Below are positions 12,301 through 24,226 of a DNA stretch of 64,000 nt, piece by piece. The position numbers and the translations under genes were made by a program. Where the stretch lies: the NCBI GenBank assembly GCA_054600435.1, contig BAAIJX010000009.1, positions 558,001 through 622,000 of the forward strand, written 5' to 3'. The stretch is from Neophaeotheca triangularis (lineage: Eukaryota). Position 1 is the first letter of the stretch, and the number at the start of each line of letters is the position of its first letter. The notes below the pieces were generated by a model. The model searched no databases. It was not told the DNA's origin and was given only the letters and a program-made list of their open reading frames with translations.

Positions 12301-14141
12301 GGCTCCGGCGTCTCGGACGAGGCAGGCCCAGACTGTGGCTCTTCAACCGCAACTGGCGTGTTTTGAGCGGGAGGCTCTGATTTGTTCTGAACGGCAAGCG
12401 GTGGAACTTGCGGTGTTTCTTCTGGAGGCGAAGTTGAAGCGATGCTACCTTCTCGCGGAGTCGCGTAACTACTGTTGCCGTCCATCGATTTGGCGTCTAC
12501 AGATCTACCATCCATCGAGCCTCTGCCTCCTTGCTTCAACGGCGGGGGCCGCAAGTCTACACTGCTTTCGCTCGGCCGATTCTCCACGGGCGGTCGCTTC
12601 ATTGATCGCTCAGGAGTGGGCGGGCTCTGCACATCGTTGGCAAAAGGGGGCTGTGGCGCCGCTGAGGTAGGCTCCGGACCCCAGTAAGAAGTGAGCGCAC
12701 CGACCGTTCCCGCATCGTTCATGTCAATACCTGCCGATGACGCTTCGCTCTTAGCTGAAGGTGGCGCGCGCTCAGTAGGCGTCATGTGCCTGCTTGATGG
12801 CTGGGGCGGCTGTGCGGTGTCTAGTTGTGGTAGTTGATAGTCATCTGGCTGCCCCTGTTGCTGGTCCTTCATCCGCTGTCGCGCAGCGTTGAACAAGTTT
12901 GCGCCGATTGGCGGGCCGTTCGCTGGGGGCGCATTCTCCCTTTGCCGCTCTTCCACGCCAGGATCGTTTGCCCTCTGGAAGTTGTTTGATCGCTCTCGGC
13001 TTTGCGGACCAGCAGGGAGGGGATGCACCTGCGCGTCCGGCTTTGGAGAGAGTGGCGGAACTTCGGATGCTTGGGCTGAAGGCGGCCCTCGAGGATACCC
13101 TGGGGCAGGGGATGTACCAGGTCGAGTATCCAACCTCGAACGCTCTCCACTAGCAGCTCGCATATGCTCAGTACTCGCAAACGGCCTAGGCACACCTTGT
13201 GCCGCGCCATTGCTCAATGGAGGGGGACGGGGAGCTCTCGCCGGCGACTCGCTGGCCATGCGAGAATTGCTGCTACTCGGAGCCCTGCGCTCGTTCATAC
13301 TAGGGGGCGGGCCTGGACTGCCACGATATCTGCTCTGCTCCCTGCTTTGCGGCCGCTGCGCAAAAGGCGGCTGAGGCGGATCTGGCGGTGGCATTTGATT
13401 CTCGCTGACTTGCCTCGATGTTGCCGCCGAAGGTGGCTGCTGACCTGGCATATTACCGAGCATCATGGCTCTCTCCTTGTCTCCGAATCCGCGCAACTCC
13501 GGTACCTGACCTTTTGTATATTTCCGGTAAATCTTAACCGCAGATGCGATGAAAAAGTCTTTCTCTTTACTAGTCCCAGCCTGCCAATAGTAAGGCTTCG
13601 TGAGAGTGACCGTGAACCCAATGTCACCAGCCCAAGAACGGTAATTCGCAATCTTGTCGTTAAGCCGAGGACTCGAGTCGCCCGAATACGATTCAATGGC
13701 AGAGAGCTCCTCCAAGTTCCACGTTTTGCCAATGCTGAAACTACCATTGTTGTTCTCCCTAGCCTTGTGCATGCGCACCCTTCCCGTGCTCCTGACAGCT
13801 ATAATGATCAACCGCGGCTTCTTGTTCTCGGCAACACTCTCAGGCGGCGCTGGGTTCGACGGGTGTTGAGCATCTTCGATGATGCGAATGTGCGTGATGT
13901 AGCTCTCGGCGAGTTGGCCGTTTTGGTCGACCTTACTGAAACAGCTTTCGATGATGCGCCTCTTCTCGTCCTCAAACCGCTCCGCTCGTGACGCGCTTGC
14001 TGAAGGGGCCTGGGGGGCGGATCGCGGAGCTGCAAGTGTTGACTGAGAGTTCATGGCGGAGGTGTTGCCAGTATTCATAGTCGTGCCTGATAGTGAAGGG
14101 TTCGAGCCATTGTATTGGCCGTTGGGTGGTGGCCGGGACAT
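9350..14141 (-). CDS. SEC3: Exocyst complex component Sec3
   Basis: ATG at 14141 and intron 9710-9761. N-terminal PH-like PIP2-binding domain (YITHIRIIED...KPRLIIIAVRSTGRVRMHKARENNNGSFSIGKTWNL), then ECDELEGLLTLYSVEL...EAQSQGLQVQSANQKLL, IKKRKGVIAF, LIENMNHY and RIEKHF. The exact last codons are uncertain. Confidence 0.94.
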
Positions 14142-15233
14142 GTTGCTAGAGTGTCTTCCCAACTCTACGATGCGCGCTCACGATGCTTCTCTCCGGCCCG
14201 GGCAATCATGTATGTACAGTAACAAAGGCTGTCATGCAGCGTAATCTGATGCTGGCCGTGGTTTTCCTGGAATCCGTCAAGGCCGATTCATAACATTGAA
14301 AGCCCGCTGTGCCGCTACAAGTTAGGAGGCTGACGAAGCTAAGGTGGCAGGTCGTCGCGACTGTTCCCAAGGTGCCTCCTGGTAATCGTAAACCAGGCCT
14401 CGATCCTTCAGAATGCGTGTGTATACGTGAGCGATAGCACAAGATGCGTAGTGGTAACGGTAAGTGATAAGTTAGAGCGGGTGTTACACGTTCACCACGC
14501 TTCGCTGCTTGTTGCCGTTACCTCCGCTCGAGCTTGCAGCAGGAAGTGGAGGGAGGTATCCTTGGCGTGGTCTTCTCCCCGACCGTGAGCCAAAACAGCT
14601 CAATAATATGAATGTAACGGAATGATAAACCAGCGACAGGCACAAATACATGATGCAGAGCGCCCTGGCTTCTCTGGTGCTGTGTCAAACACTCAACATG
14701 TTGTAGTCTCACCGGAATTATCTACCGTACTGTACTCCCTTCTCCTTCCAATGCCAGACAACAACTCGAGGTAAACAGCCATAAGCTAGCGGCTCAAGCA
14801 AACAGCCAATCATGTCTGCGACTTCCCAGCGGCTCCACCAAGACGAGACGACTCGAACATTGACTACCTACCTACCCCTCAGCCGCTGCATCGAGAACTG
14901 CAGGTGGGCAACACCCGAAGCCGCGTGACGATGATCAAGTACAGTACTAGCCAACCCAACCAACCCAGACAGGCCACCAGCCTTCGTGGAATCGTGGCTG
15001 GGCTCCTGGCCCGCTCCACGACGCCACAAAAGCGCCCGGGCGAGAACGTGGACCCAGTGACGTACAACCCTGGGAGAGCTTCAGCTCAGTGGAGGTCCCT
15101 GGAGTTCCAAGATTCCATGAAAGGAAGCAACAGGTCCCAATGCTGATCGATCATACAACTACCCGCTCTCCTCCTCATACTCGTAATTCTCATCCTCAAA
15201 CATACAAAGGTCGATAGCATTAATCTGTAAACC

Positions 15234-17684
15234 ATGTCTGAAGTTCTCAACGACCTGAAGAAGCAGAACGCCGGGCTGCAAGGTGAGTGAGCTTCGTCCT
15301 CGGGACCTCGAGTCCAGCTTGTATGAATAGCTACAAGCCACTTTAGTAGAGGCGAAACCTCCAAAGACGATTTACACCAGACCACTAACCCCAGTGCTGC
15401 ACAGAGGGTATGCAAAAAATCAGCATGCAGGACAACACCAAAAGCGGGGACAACAACGCCCCATCCTCAGCAAAGAAACCCGCAGCCTCGAAACCCTCCG
15501 TCGGCAGCAGCGGTAGTACCCCAGCAAAATCCGCTTCCAACACCCCCTCGAAAACCACCCCAGCGGCAAAGAAACCGGCTCCCGCAAGCAACAGCACGCC
15601 GTCCTCCAAGCCCTCGGCATCGTCCACGCCAGCCTCGGCTTCTAAACCTGCTCAAGCCGCCGGCGGCGCCGCGAAGCAGCGCACACCCATCGGATCGCAG
15701 AAACCTGTCAAGAACGCCGCATCCTCTGCTTCGGCATCGAAACCTGCTGCAAGCACTAGCGGTGCCTCGACGCCTGCTAAGAGTGCTTCGTCCGCTCCGC
15801 AGAAAGCTGCGGGTTCGGCCGCTGGTGCAGCGAAGCAGAGAACGCCGCTGGGGACGCAGAAGCCGGTGAAGAGCGCGCAGGGTGCTGTTGGTTCGGCTAC
15901 TGGCGCTGCCGGGGAAGCTACGAACAAGGCGACTGGTGCTGCCGGTGGCACGGCGAACAAGGCCACTGGTGCTGTGGGTGGTGCTGCGAACAAGGCCAGC
16001 GGTGGTGCTGCGGGCGGTACTGCCAACAAGGCTACCGGTGCTGTTGGCGGCGCTGCCAACAAGGCGACTGGCGTTGCGAGTGGAGCGGCGAACAAGGCTA
16101 CGGGCACTGCTGGTGGAGCGGCAAACAAGGCTACTGGCGCCGCAAAAGCGCCTCAGGCTACAGCGCAAAAGACTGCTGGTTGGTAGTCGTGATGGTCGGG
16201 GTAAAAGGCCGCTAGCTGACGGTGATGATTAGGCACTGCCACGAACACCGCACAAAAGGCACCCGGCCAAGCCGCTGGGACTGCCAAAAAGGCTACCGGA
16301 GCAGCCGGTAATGCTGCGAGCAAGGGCGTTGGTGGGTTGTGCTAGACTATCGAACCATAGAAGTCAGCTAATGCGGTTCCAGGCAATGCAACCAACACAA
16401 CCCAAAAAGCCACAGGCAAAGCCGGCAACACCGTAAACAAAGGTCTCGACTCGACCACTGGCGGTGTCAACAAGACCGTCGGCGGTGCTACAGGTACGTC
16501 TCCTGACGAAGACCGCTTACCGCCCGAGATGGATTGGTCGGCACCTCAGAATGAAGTGCTAGCCTACCTTCCATCTTGGCTTACAAGCCGTTGGAAAGCG
16601 GCCGACGACGCCAGGAAAGCCGAGTGAAGGATTTTGCCCTTCCCTTGTCGCAGCTGCTGATGCTTTTCGTCTACGTGACTAGGTAAGCTGGACCAAGCGA
16701 CTGGCGGCAAGACTCAGCCGCTTTCGAAAACTGCTGGTGATGCTACGCAGAGCGCTTCCAACACTGCCGGCTCGGTGGGGAAGAATGCCAGTAAGACTGC
16801 CACGGGCGCCATGGGCAATATTAGCAACACTGGGAAGAACACCTGGAATTCCGTGAAGCAGGGTGATATCAAAGGAACTGCGTCAGGCATGGCCAGCGGA
16901 GTTGGCGATACCGTTGAAGGTGCTGGCACGGGTGTCAACAACACCGTATCCGATGTTGGCGATGGGGTAGATCAAACTGTCGGTGGCGCCGGCAAGAATG
17001 TTGGCAGTAAGTCGACCGGTTTGACAGACACCATTGCCCATGAGATTGTTAGGCTTGTTGAGATACCCCAGCTGACCAAAGAAGACACGATTGGCGGTTC
17101 TGTTGGCAAGTCCGTCGGTGACACGACCGGCAACGTCGGGAAGACTGCTTCGGGTACTGCCAAAGGAGTGGGCAAGACTGTTGGCGATACTACCGGTGCT
17201 CTGTCGAAGGGTGATATGAGCGGGGTGGTGAGTTCTCCCTATCTGGCATACGGGTTATCGAGCTAACTGACTTTGTTTTGCTAGGCCAGTGGGGCTACAG
17301 GTGGCGCGGGTGATACAGTCAGTTCTGCAGGCAAAGGAGCGGGCTCGACAGTCGAAGGTCTCGGGTAAGTCACGTCGCCACCGGTAGCACTTGATATCAT
17401 TTAATGGTACTAACGACGGCCTCAGAAACAGTGTTGGAAACTACGTCCCAGGCCGAGGAGGGAGTACAGTGCAAGGTGTCGGGAAAGGCGTCGGCGATGC
17501 TGCCAGTGGCGTCACAGGCGGCGTGGGTGACGGCGTAGGCAAGCTCGGCAAGGGCGACGTCGCGGGCGGTGTCAGCTCGACTGTCGGAGGCGTAGGGAAG
17601 GGTGTGGCCGGTTTGGGGTCTGGCATCTGGGGCGGCATTACTGGGAGCAACCAACAAAACCAGGATGGTGAAGAAGGCAAGTAG
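15234..17684 (+). CDS. Gly/Ala/Thr/Lys-rich 11-mer repeat protein (LEA/hydrophilin-like), 8 exons
   Basis: Exons approx. 15234-15282, 15405-16178, 16233-16331, 16383-16493, 16683-17006, 17085-17227, 17285-17364 and 17426-17684. All junctions are GT-AG with branch sites and keep the frame. Repeats GA(A/V)GG(T/A)ANKAT and KG(V/D)G.TVG. Confidence 0.8.
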
Positions 17685-18045
17685 GAGGAAGAATGATCAA
17701 AGAGAGGAGGGATTTTCCGGGGTGTCGATCTGTCAAAAGCATGCAATTTCGTACCTTATGTAGCGTGTATTTTAGCGAACGTAACGTGTACGGGTAGTAA
17801 CTTGGAGTCAAGGGACAGTGAGCCTCATGGCCATGTCCGCGATGATAAGTGTGACGGCCGTGGACGGCCTCTCGAGTCGTTTAGCGCTCCGACCACGAGT
17901 GTTAGTTTAGGTTTAGCGTGCGGGATGGACCGCGAGCTTCTTGGCGCACTGCCTCAGCACACAGCGACAATTCAAAGTTGCGAACTTCCCCTTCTGCTTC
18001 TTTCGACCACGACGACAACTAACGACAACAGCATCAACCGTCGCA

Positions 18046-18691
18046 ATGCCTACCAGAAAGACCCAGACCCGCAAGCAGTACGTCGCATTCTTCCTCTCCG
18101 CGGTATCGCCTCGTTCGATTCAATGCGCGCACGCTTGTTTTGAACGGCGCCCGCTGGGAATGTGCTCCAAACTCTTCAACCGCCAGTACTAACAACTTCA
18201 CTTCAGCCGTGGTCACGTCTCGGCCGGTCATGGTCGTATCGGAAAGCACCGCAAGCATCCCGGTGGTAGGGGTATGGCTGGTGGTCAGCACCACCACCGC
18301 ACCAACTTGGACAAGTACCACCCTGGTTACTTCGGTAAAGTTGGTATGAGGTACTTCCACAAGCAACAAAACCATTTCTGGAAGCCCGTTATCAACCTCG
18401 ACAAGGTGAGCACACTCATCTACAGCTGTTCCTGAAGAATATTCCGGTGCTAATCCAATATCACAGCTTTGGTCGCTCGTCCCCCAAGACCAGCGCGAGA
18501 AGTACCTCTCCAGCAAGGGCGGCAAGTCCGACACTGCCCCCGTCCTCGACCTCCTTCCTCTCGGCTACAGCAAAGTTCTCGGCAAGGGCCGCATCCCCGA
18601 GGTCCCTCTCATCGTCCGCGCCCGTTACTTCAGCAAGGACGCCGAGAAGAAGATCAAGGAATCTGGTGGTATCGTGCAGCTCGTCGCTTAG
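18046..18691 (+). CDS. RPL28: 60S ribosomal protein uL15 (L27a / yeast L28)
   Basis: Introns 18078-18206 and 18406-18466. The protein reads [59 protein letters not shown]...GYSKVLGKG. Confidence 0.97.
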
Positions 18692-19169
18692 ATGGAGCAC
18701 GAGATTGTTACGACAAAAAAAGCGAAACAAGAGCCGGGCGTTTAACGGGCGGCATGCCGACGGTCTGACGACTGTTGCGAGCGTTGATACCATACCCCTC
18801 TTCAGCGTGGTGGCTGAGAGATGTTTGCCCTCGTACTGCTTGTAGCTAGACGAATGCATCATCTCTGAATCAAACCTTCTGACGTCCTCTTCTGAGGATG
18901 AGCTGTTCTTTGAGAGCTGCCCTTCGCGGGCTCTCCAAACCTGTGCGTTCCCAGGATGTGTCCTCTGCAAGCACTCTGCTGAGTGTCCTAGTGTAGAAAG
19001 GTAAGAAGGTAGGTTCACCTCTCTTTGTGGCCTTTGACGGTGCGCTTCAAGTACCGGCCAAGTAGGAGGTCCATGCTAGCCCACACGACTGCAACAAATC
19101 CGATTATTGAAGAAAAGGATAAGACAACATCAGAATACGATACTGCCTCATCAAAGCTTGCCGTATCTA

Positions 19170-19845
19170 TGCCGTTTCAGAAATCGTGCTCGAACCCCTG
19201 CATTGCTTCCAGCAATAATCTGCGTCGTAACAACGTCACCACCAGCATCTAGATAAATATGACAAACAGCACTGATTCCGTCAAACGGTTCATACACCGA
19301 CTCCTGCACCCTCACAGCTTCGCCCTGCTCGATTCCCTCATCAAACACATTAAACCGCATCAAATTCTCATAGCTCCCAACCGTTTGCGAACCCTGCAGG
19401 TCCCCCCGGTTATTCAATCTCGTATCAACGAGCTCGACATTCCCACCAAAACGCGATTGATAACAGTGTCGCCCGAGAAACTGTTAATGGAGATCAAACT
19501 CCCATTCTCCAGCTCAAACGCCCTCTACCCCCCAAACCCTTCCCAACATCCCCAACAGCCTCCGTGACCTCGTCCTCCACTCCTCCATCCTCTCTGCTAC
19601 CACCACCATTGCCACCACCGACCCCATCCGCAACATCCCCGACCGTCCCTGCAGTCTTCGCAATCACTGGATTCAGGTCCACGCTCTCGAGCACCGAATC
19701 CACCGTTGCCACCAAATTCCCCAACCACGCTTCCAGCAGCACCTTGACCTGCACATCCTTAATCAAGAACCGCACTCGATCGACGCTCAAATTCACTCCG
19801 GCGTTGCAATGGAGCGATTTCAGCACTTGCTAAGCTTGCACACTT
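19170..19845 (-). pseudogene. Frameshifted pseudogene of an uncharacterised fungal protein
   Basis: Protein-like blocks sit in different frames: QVLKSLHCNAGVNLSVDRVRFLIKDVQVKVLLEAWLGNLVATVDSVLESVDLNP, RAFELENGSLISINSFSGDTVINRVL, LNNRGDLQGSQTVGSYENLM...VYEPFDGISAVCHIYLD and GSSTISE. No intact start was found. Confidence 0.65.
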
Positions 19846-20149
19846 ACTACGGAATCGGATGTGGTGTGTTAGCCGAGATTGCTGTGGTCTTCGCGCGTGC
19901 TAGTTAAACCTGGTTTGGTTTTGAGATTTTGAAGGGGAGTGTTGCTTGGTATCATCAACCCGGGGAGGTTTGATTGACGATGTAGCAGGCAAGGCATAGT
20001 GGTGGGAAGAGGTGGTGTTAGAAATGGATGGTCGCTTGGTCTCCTGGACCCACTCTTTCAACTCTGCGCTTTTGGATACCTATTGGTATAGTACTGCACT
20101 GACACCCATCCATACGTCTCCGCGAAGAAGAACTGGCGTCAAGAGACCC

Positions 20150-20876
20150 ATGGTGCTTTCGTCCGCTGCCAGCAAGGCCGTCTTCCTCGATGTCTGCCTA
20201 CTGACGAGCCTCCTCGCGACAGACGCGCAAGAACCCACCACATCGAGCACCACCTCCCCAAACCCCCGGCCTCTTCAGCAACAGCAAACAGTCCCAGCAC
20301 AAACGCCTCCTCCACCACCACTCGCTCGAGCGCGGCAACCCCCAACGCAGACCCAGACATCTACCTCAAAACGTCCCCGAACTCCCCGTAGCCCGCATCG
20401 AGCTAGAAGTCGATAGTCTGATAGTCTGCGAGCAAGTCAAGCCACTCACAATCGCGACCAAATCCCTAGACCCGAAACCAACAACACTTACACGATCCCC
20501 ATGCCTAGACCATACGAACCTAATACAATCTTCCTTTCCCCCAAGACACCAAACCTCAACGCGCGCGTCGCGAACCTCGTGGCCCTGAACGCCGGCGTGC
20601 GAGTCCAGATCGAGCAAGTCGACATCGACATCGCCCTCATGGACGTGCGAGCGCGGCTCGAGCTCAGTCGTGCGCTTGGGGCTTTTGGTCGATGTTGTGG
20701 ATCGGGGGTTTTATGAGTCTTTGGATGGGAATCTTGAACTACTGCAGACTGTTGCCGGGGGTGGCTATGTGGATGGGGACGAGAGCAGTGATGGTGGAGA
20801 TGGTGAGGGTGGGTTGGGGAATGTGTTGGCTGCCCTGTTACGTTTGGGGCAAAGCCATGTATACCGTACGTGCTGA
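20150..20876 (+). pseudogene. Frameshifted pseudogene, paralogous to the divergent neighbour
   Basis: Signal-peptide-like start (MVLSSAASKAVFLDVCLLTSLLATDAQ), then DPDIYL, NVPELPVARIELEVDSL, NLNARVANLVALNAGVRVQIEQVDIDIALMDVRARLEL and VVRLGLLVDVVDRGFYESLDGN in shifting frames. Confidence 0.65.
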
Positions 20877-21139
20877 GGAGAAAGTTTGTAATCAGGCCGG
20901 AGCACACGTAAATGGTCTATCGCATTTCTATTGCATCTCGTTAAAAAGGAAAGAGGTCATCAAAGTCATGACACACACGTCCAACGGCACTCACGCTCTA
21001 AGGCGTCCGAAATCAGCGCGACTCGTGGGTTTCCGCACAGTCGAATCAACAACAGATACGGCTCCTGAATCAGCGCTGTGGCACTACTGTCGAAAAAGTC
21101 AGATTCGAGTCGGGGAACGGCGGTTACGAAACCTTTCCA

Positions 21140-22914
21140 TCACGACCATCCCGTTCCAGAGCCTTGCGTAGAGTACCCGGCATCGACCTCGTACGCGCCC
21201 TGGTAGGGATCATTAGACAACCAAGAGGTCTGCGAGCCGAAGCCAGCGTTCCCTTCGTCACCGGAGCCGTACCCAAAACCCGTCGACGAGGTCTGGCTCA
21301 TGGATGTCGTCGAGGAGAGGCCATTGGGGGCGCCGTTGAGGTCGTCATCGTCGAGTTCGGGGAAGAGCTCGCGCATGACGTCGTTGTTGGGAGCGGAGCT
21401 GGGGCCAACGGAGCGCGCGGTGGGTCTACTATTGCCGCTGCTGTTGTTGCTGCCAGGCCGTTTGGGGGTATTTTGAGATTGGCGGAGGCGGTGGGGGATT
21501 TGCGCGGATGGCGGGAGGGTTGGCATGTTCCAGATGTCGTCTAGATTTGGCATACCGAGATCTTGGTCGAATGTGTTGGTTTTCGAGTTGTTGTAGGGGG
21601 CAAAGCTGGTTGTTGAGGGAGGGTCACTGGTTTGGGAGAGGAAGCCGAGGTTGGCGTTGCCGAAGAAGGATGGTGGCAAGCTATGGCGGTTGTTGTTGGC
21701 TTCCGAATTGGAGAGGTAGGGCTCGTTCATGTTGAAACCGCTGACGTCTTCTTGTATGCTAGGCATGTGCCATGTCCCGTAGGATTCGTCGATGGGCGGT
21801 GTTTCGTCTACCTCTGAATTGCCGGAAGATGCTGCGGTGAGCGCAGGCTGTACCAGAAGATTCGTCGCATCTTGAGATGTGGGCCAGACATCGAAAGGGT
21901 TCGTGTTGGGCATGTTTGTTTGATCGCCGGACCCCAACGCAGACCAAGGGTCGTACTGACTGTCGGCGGTCCCAGAGGCAGGCCCAAAGGTGTTGTCGGC
22001 CGTGTAAGAAAACGATGGGCATCCGAAAGCTGTTGCAAAGTCGGTTGTGCCTTGCATGTTGTTCGAGAAGTCCAACTCTGACTGCGGTAGAGAACCAGAC
22101 ATCAATCCAAAGGGCCAGGCACTGTTTGTATCCAGAGGAGGCAGCTTTGGGGAGGTCTGCTCTGACTTTGATTTACGCCTTCCCATGTCGAAAGGCATGC
22201 TTAGAGCTGCCTTATCACCACTGATGCCGCAAGTGCTGCTTTGATTCAAGCCCATGTCGTCAATGGACCTACGGTTCGACATATTCTCAGTAGTGTGCGC
22301 TCTCGGCATCGGCATCTTGTACGGCATCGCGCCTTCGTGCGCTGCATTGTTCTTCCTGTGTACCGGCTTGTGATGGCCGTTGGAAAATACCGTGATGTGG
22401 CCATCGGACTTGGTCGATTCCAGTCGAGGCTTGCTCACAGCCGGTTTGCCATGCGGTAAGGATCCATCATTATCAGGCTCCTTTTTGATAGCGCAGCTGC
22501 ATTTCCCGCCGTGGTGACAACAGCACCCTTGCTCTTCAGCGACCGAAGCCAGATGATCTTTGTCCTTCTCCTCCGGGGGATCCGAGGGCAATCCTTGCTT
22601 GATCCTCTCTTCTGCTTCCCTCAAATGAATGCACTTTTCCTTTGGATGGTGAGGCTTGTCGGCCTCGCCGCAGTCGCATTTAACATGGGCAGACCTCTTC
22701 TTGCGCTCGATGCGGCAATGCTGACACTGCGTGACGGGACGACCTTTCTTGGGTACGAGGACAAGCTCTCGGTCTGGTTCAAGCGTAAGCGGATGATAAG
22801 GCATGCCAAAGCCTTTCAAGGGAACAATTTACCTGTGTGGTTGCAACCGCTCACGCGGTGCCCCTTCAGGCACGAATGGCATGCCCACTTCGTTCCATCT
22901 TCGCGAAGCACCAT
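21140..22914 (-). CDS. Copper-fist (Ace1/Mac1/Haa1-family) transcription factor
   Basis: ATG at 22914 and intron 22774-22832. N-terminus KWACHSCLKGHRVSGCNHTDRELVLVPKKGRPVTQCQHCR (copper-fist), a Cys/His cluster GCCCHHGGKCSC and an S/N/P-rich activation-like tail. Confidence 0.92.
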
Positions 22915-24226
22915 CACCGATGGGGGCGATTCGCGATCGTCGTGTCGTCAAGCCGGTGGTGGGGTATAAAGTGAATAGAATGGCCACAAAAGGTGGCGTA
23001 AGGTATCGACAAAGAAAACGAGTCAATATAGTCAATATGCGCTGGCCTCTGGGGCCTGGGTATCGTTGCTGCGTGTCCGAAACTCCTTGGTGACGATGTC
23101 GACCGTCGACGCCCACGTAAGAATACTGAATGCAGCCAACCGGAAACGAAGACTCCAGGTTCGAAGAGAAGAGGAGGGGAGGGGAGGGGAGGGGAGAAGA
23201 GAGGAGAGCAAAAAGGCCCGGACTACCACCAAAGGCGGCTGCCACGAGTGGCCGTTGTGTCGACTGTGCAGACGACCAAAATGCTGTCGACGGCGGCGTG
23301 GTAAGAGGTGAGAAGAGTAGGCCAGAGGGCTGCGGTAAGTGGAAGTCGAGGAAAAGGCGGGAGTGGAAGAGAGGGCGGGCAGCTTGCCAAGCTCAACGCC
23401 GTCGCTTCGAAAAGGGTCGACCCTGGGCGCTGACGGTGCTAAGAAGAAGCTCCCGGCCATAACCGCAGCCTAATAAAACGAACCTTGCAATTGATCACGA
23501 ATACCGTGAGCCGAATCGGGACAGCTCTTGACATGGATACTACTGTACAGTGCTATGTACTGTACCTACTTGATAAGGTATCTAGCCTCGTGGGCGATGC
23601 TAGGTACTCCCACGAAGTAGTGTGACGAGTTACCTTACTGCCCGCGTCTTGCCCAGGTGCTTTCCGCTGCAGTACAACAGGTACGGGTACAGGTACAGTA
23701 ATATCCAACAGCTCTTCATTGTCTTCTTCCGAGGGAGCTGTTTCTGCCACGACTGAAAGACAAAGCCGCCGGCGTCTAGACCTTGGCCTGCATGTCCATA
23801 AACCCATTTGAAGGCGAGAGGGCGCGAGAGGCGTTGGTCGACAAATAATGCATCATTTCCAGGTTGTGTACCCAAGGTAAGGTAGGTGAATGGCCTGAGG
23901 CAGCTATCTGCTGACGTAAGATGCGATTAGATAAGATAAGATATCTCAAATCCCACAACCCACTTGCCCACCTGCACTCCCGACCCCCCACCATCTTGTA
24001 ACATCTCCAACCCCTACCCTTGCCATATACCGCCTGGGCAGGAGGTATCCTCAAACGGATACAACCTCAACAACATACCCGGGTACTGTGACCAACCTCA
24101 TGGCCTTTTCCCTGCTCTTGGTCAACCTCAATTTCATTTGCAGCGTGTAGGACTGATCTCTACCTTGGGTCTGCTTTTCTACTCATCTTTCCTTTCCATT
24201 CTCACCTACTCGGTTGGATCTTCAAA

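Noticed and set aside
18270..18300. Possible cycloheximide-resistance (cyh2-type) allele of RPL28
   Set aside because: The sequence reads [10 protein letters not shown], with the wild-type Gln.
23460..24226. CYS3/MetR sulfur-regulatory site upstream of the arylsulfatase
   Set aside because: Only partial matches (e.g. ATGCATCAT) to the ATGRYRYCAT consensus, so it cannot be supported.
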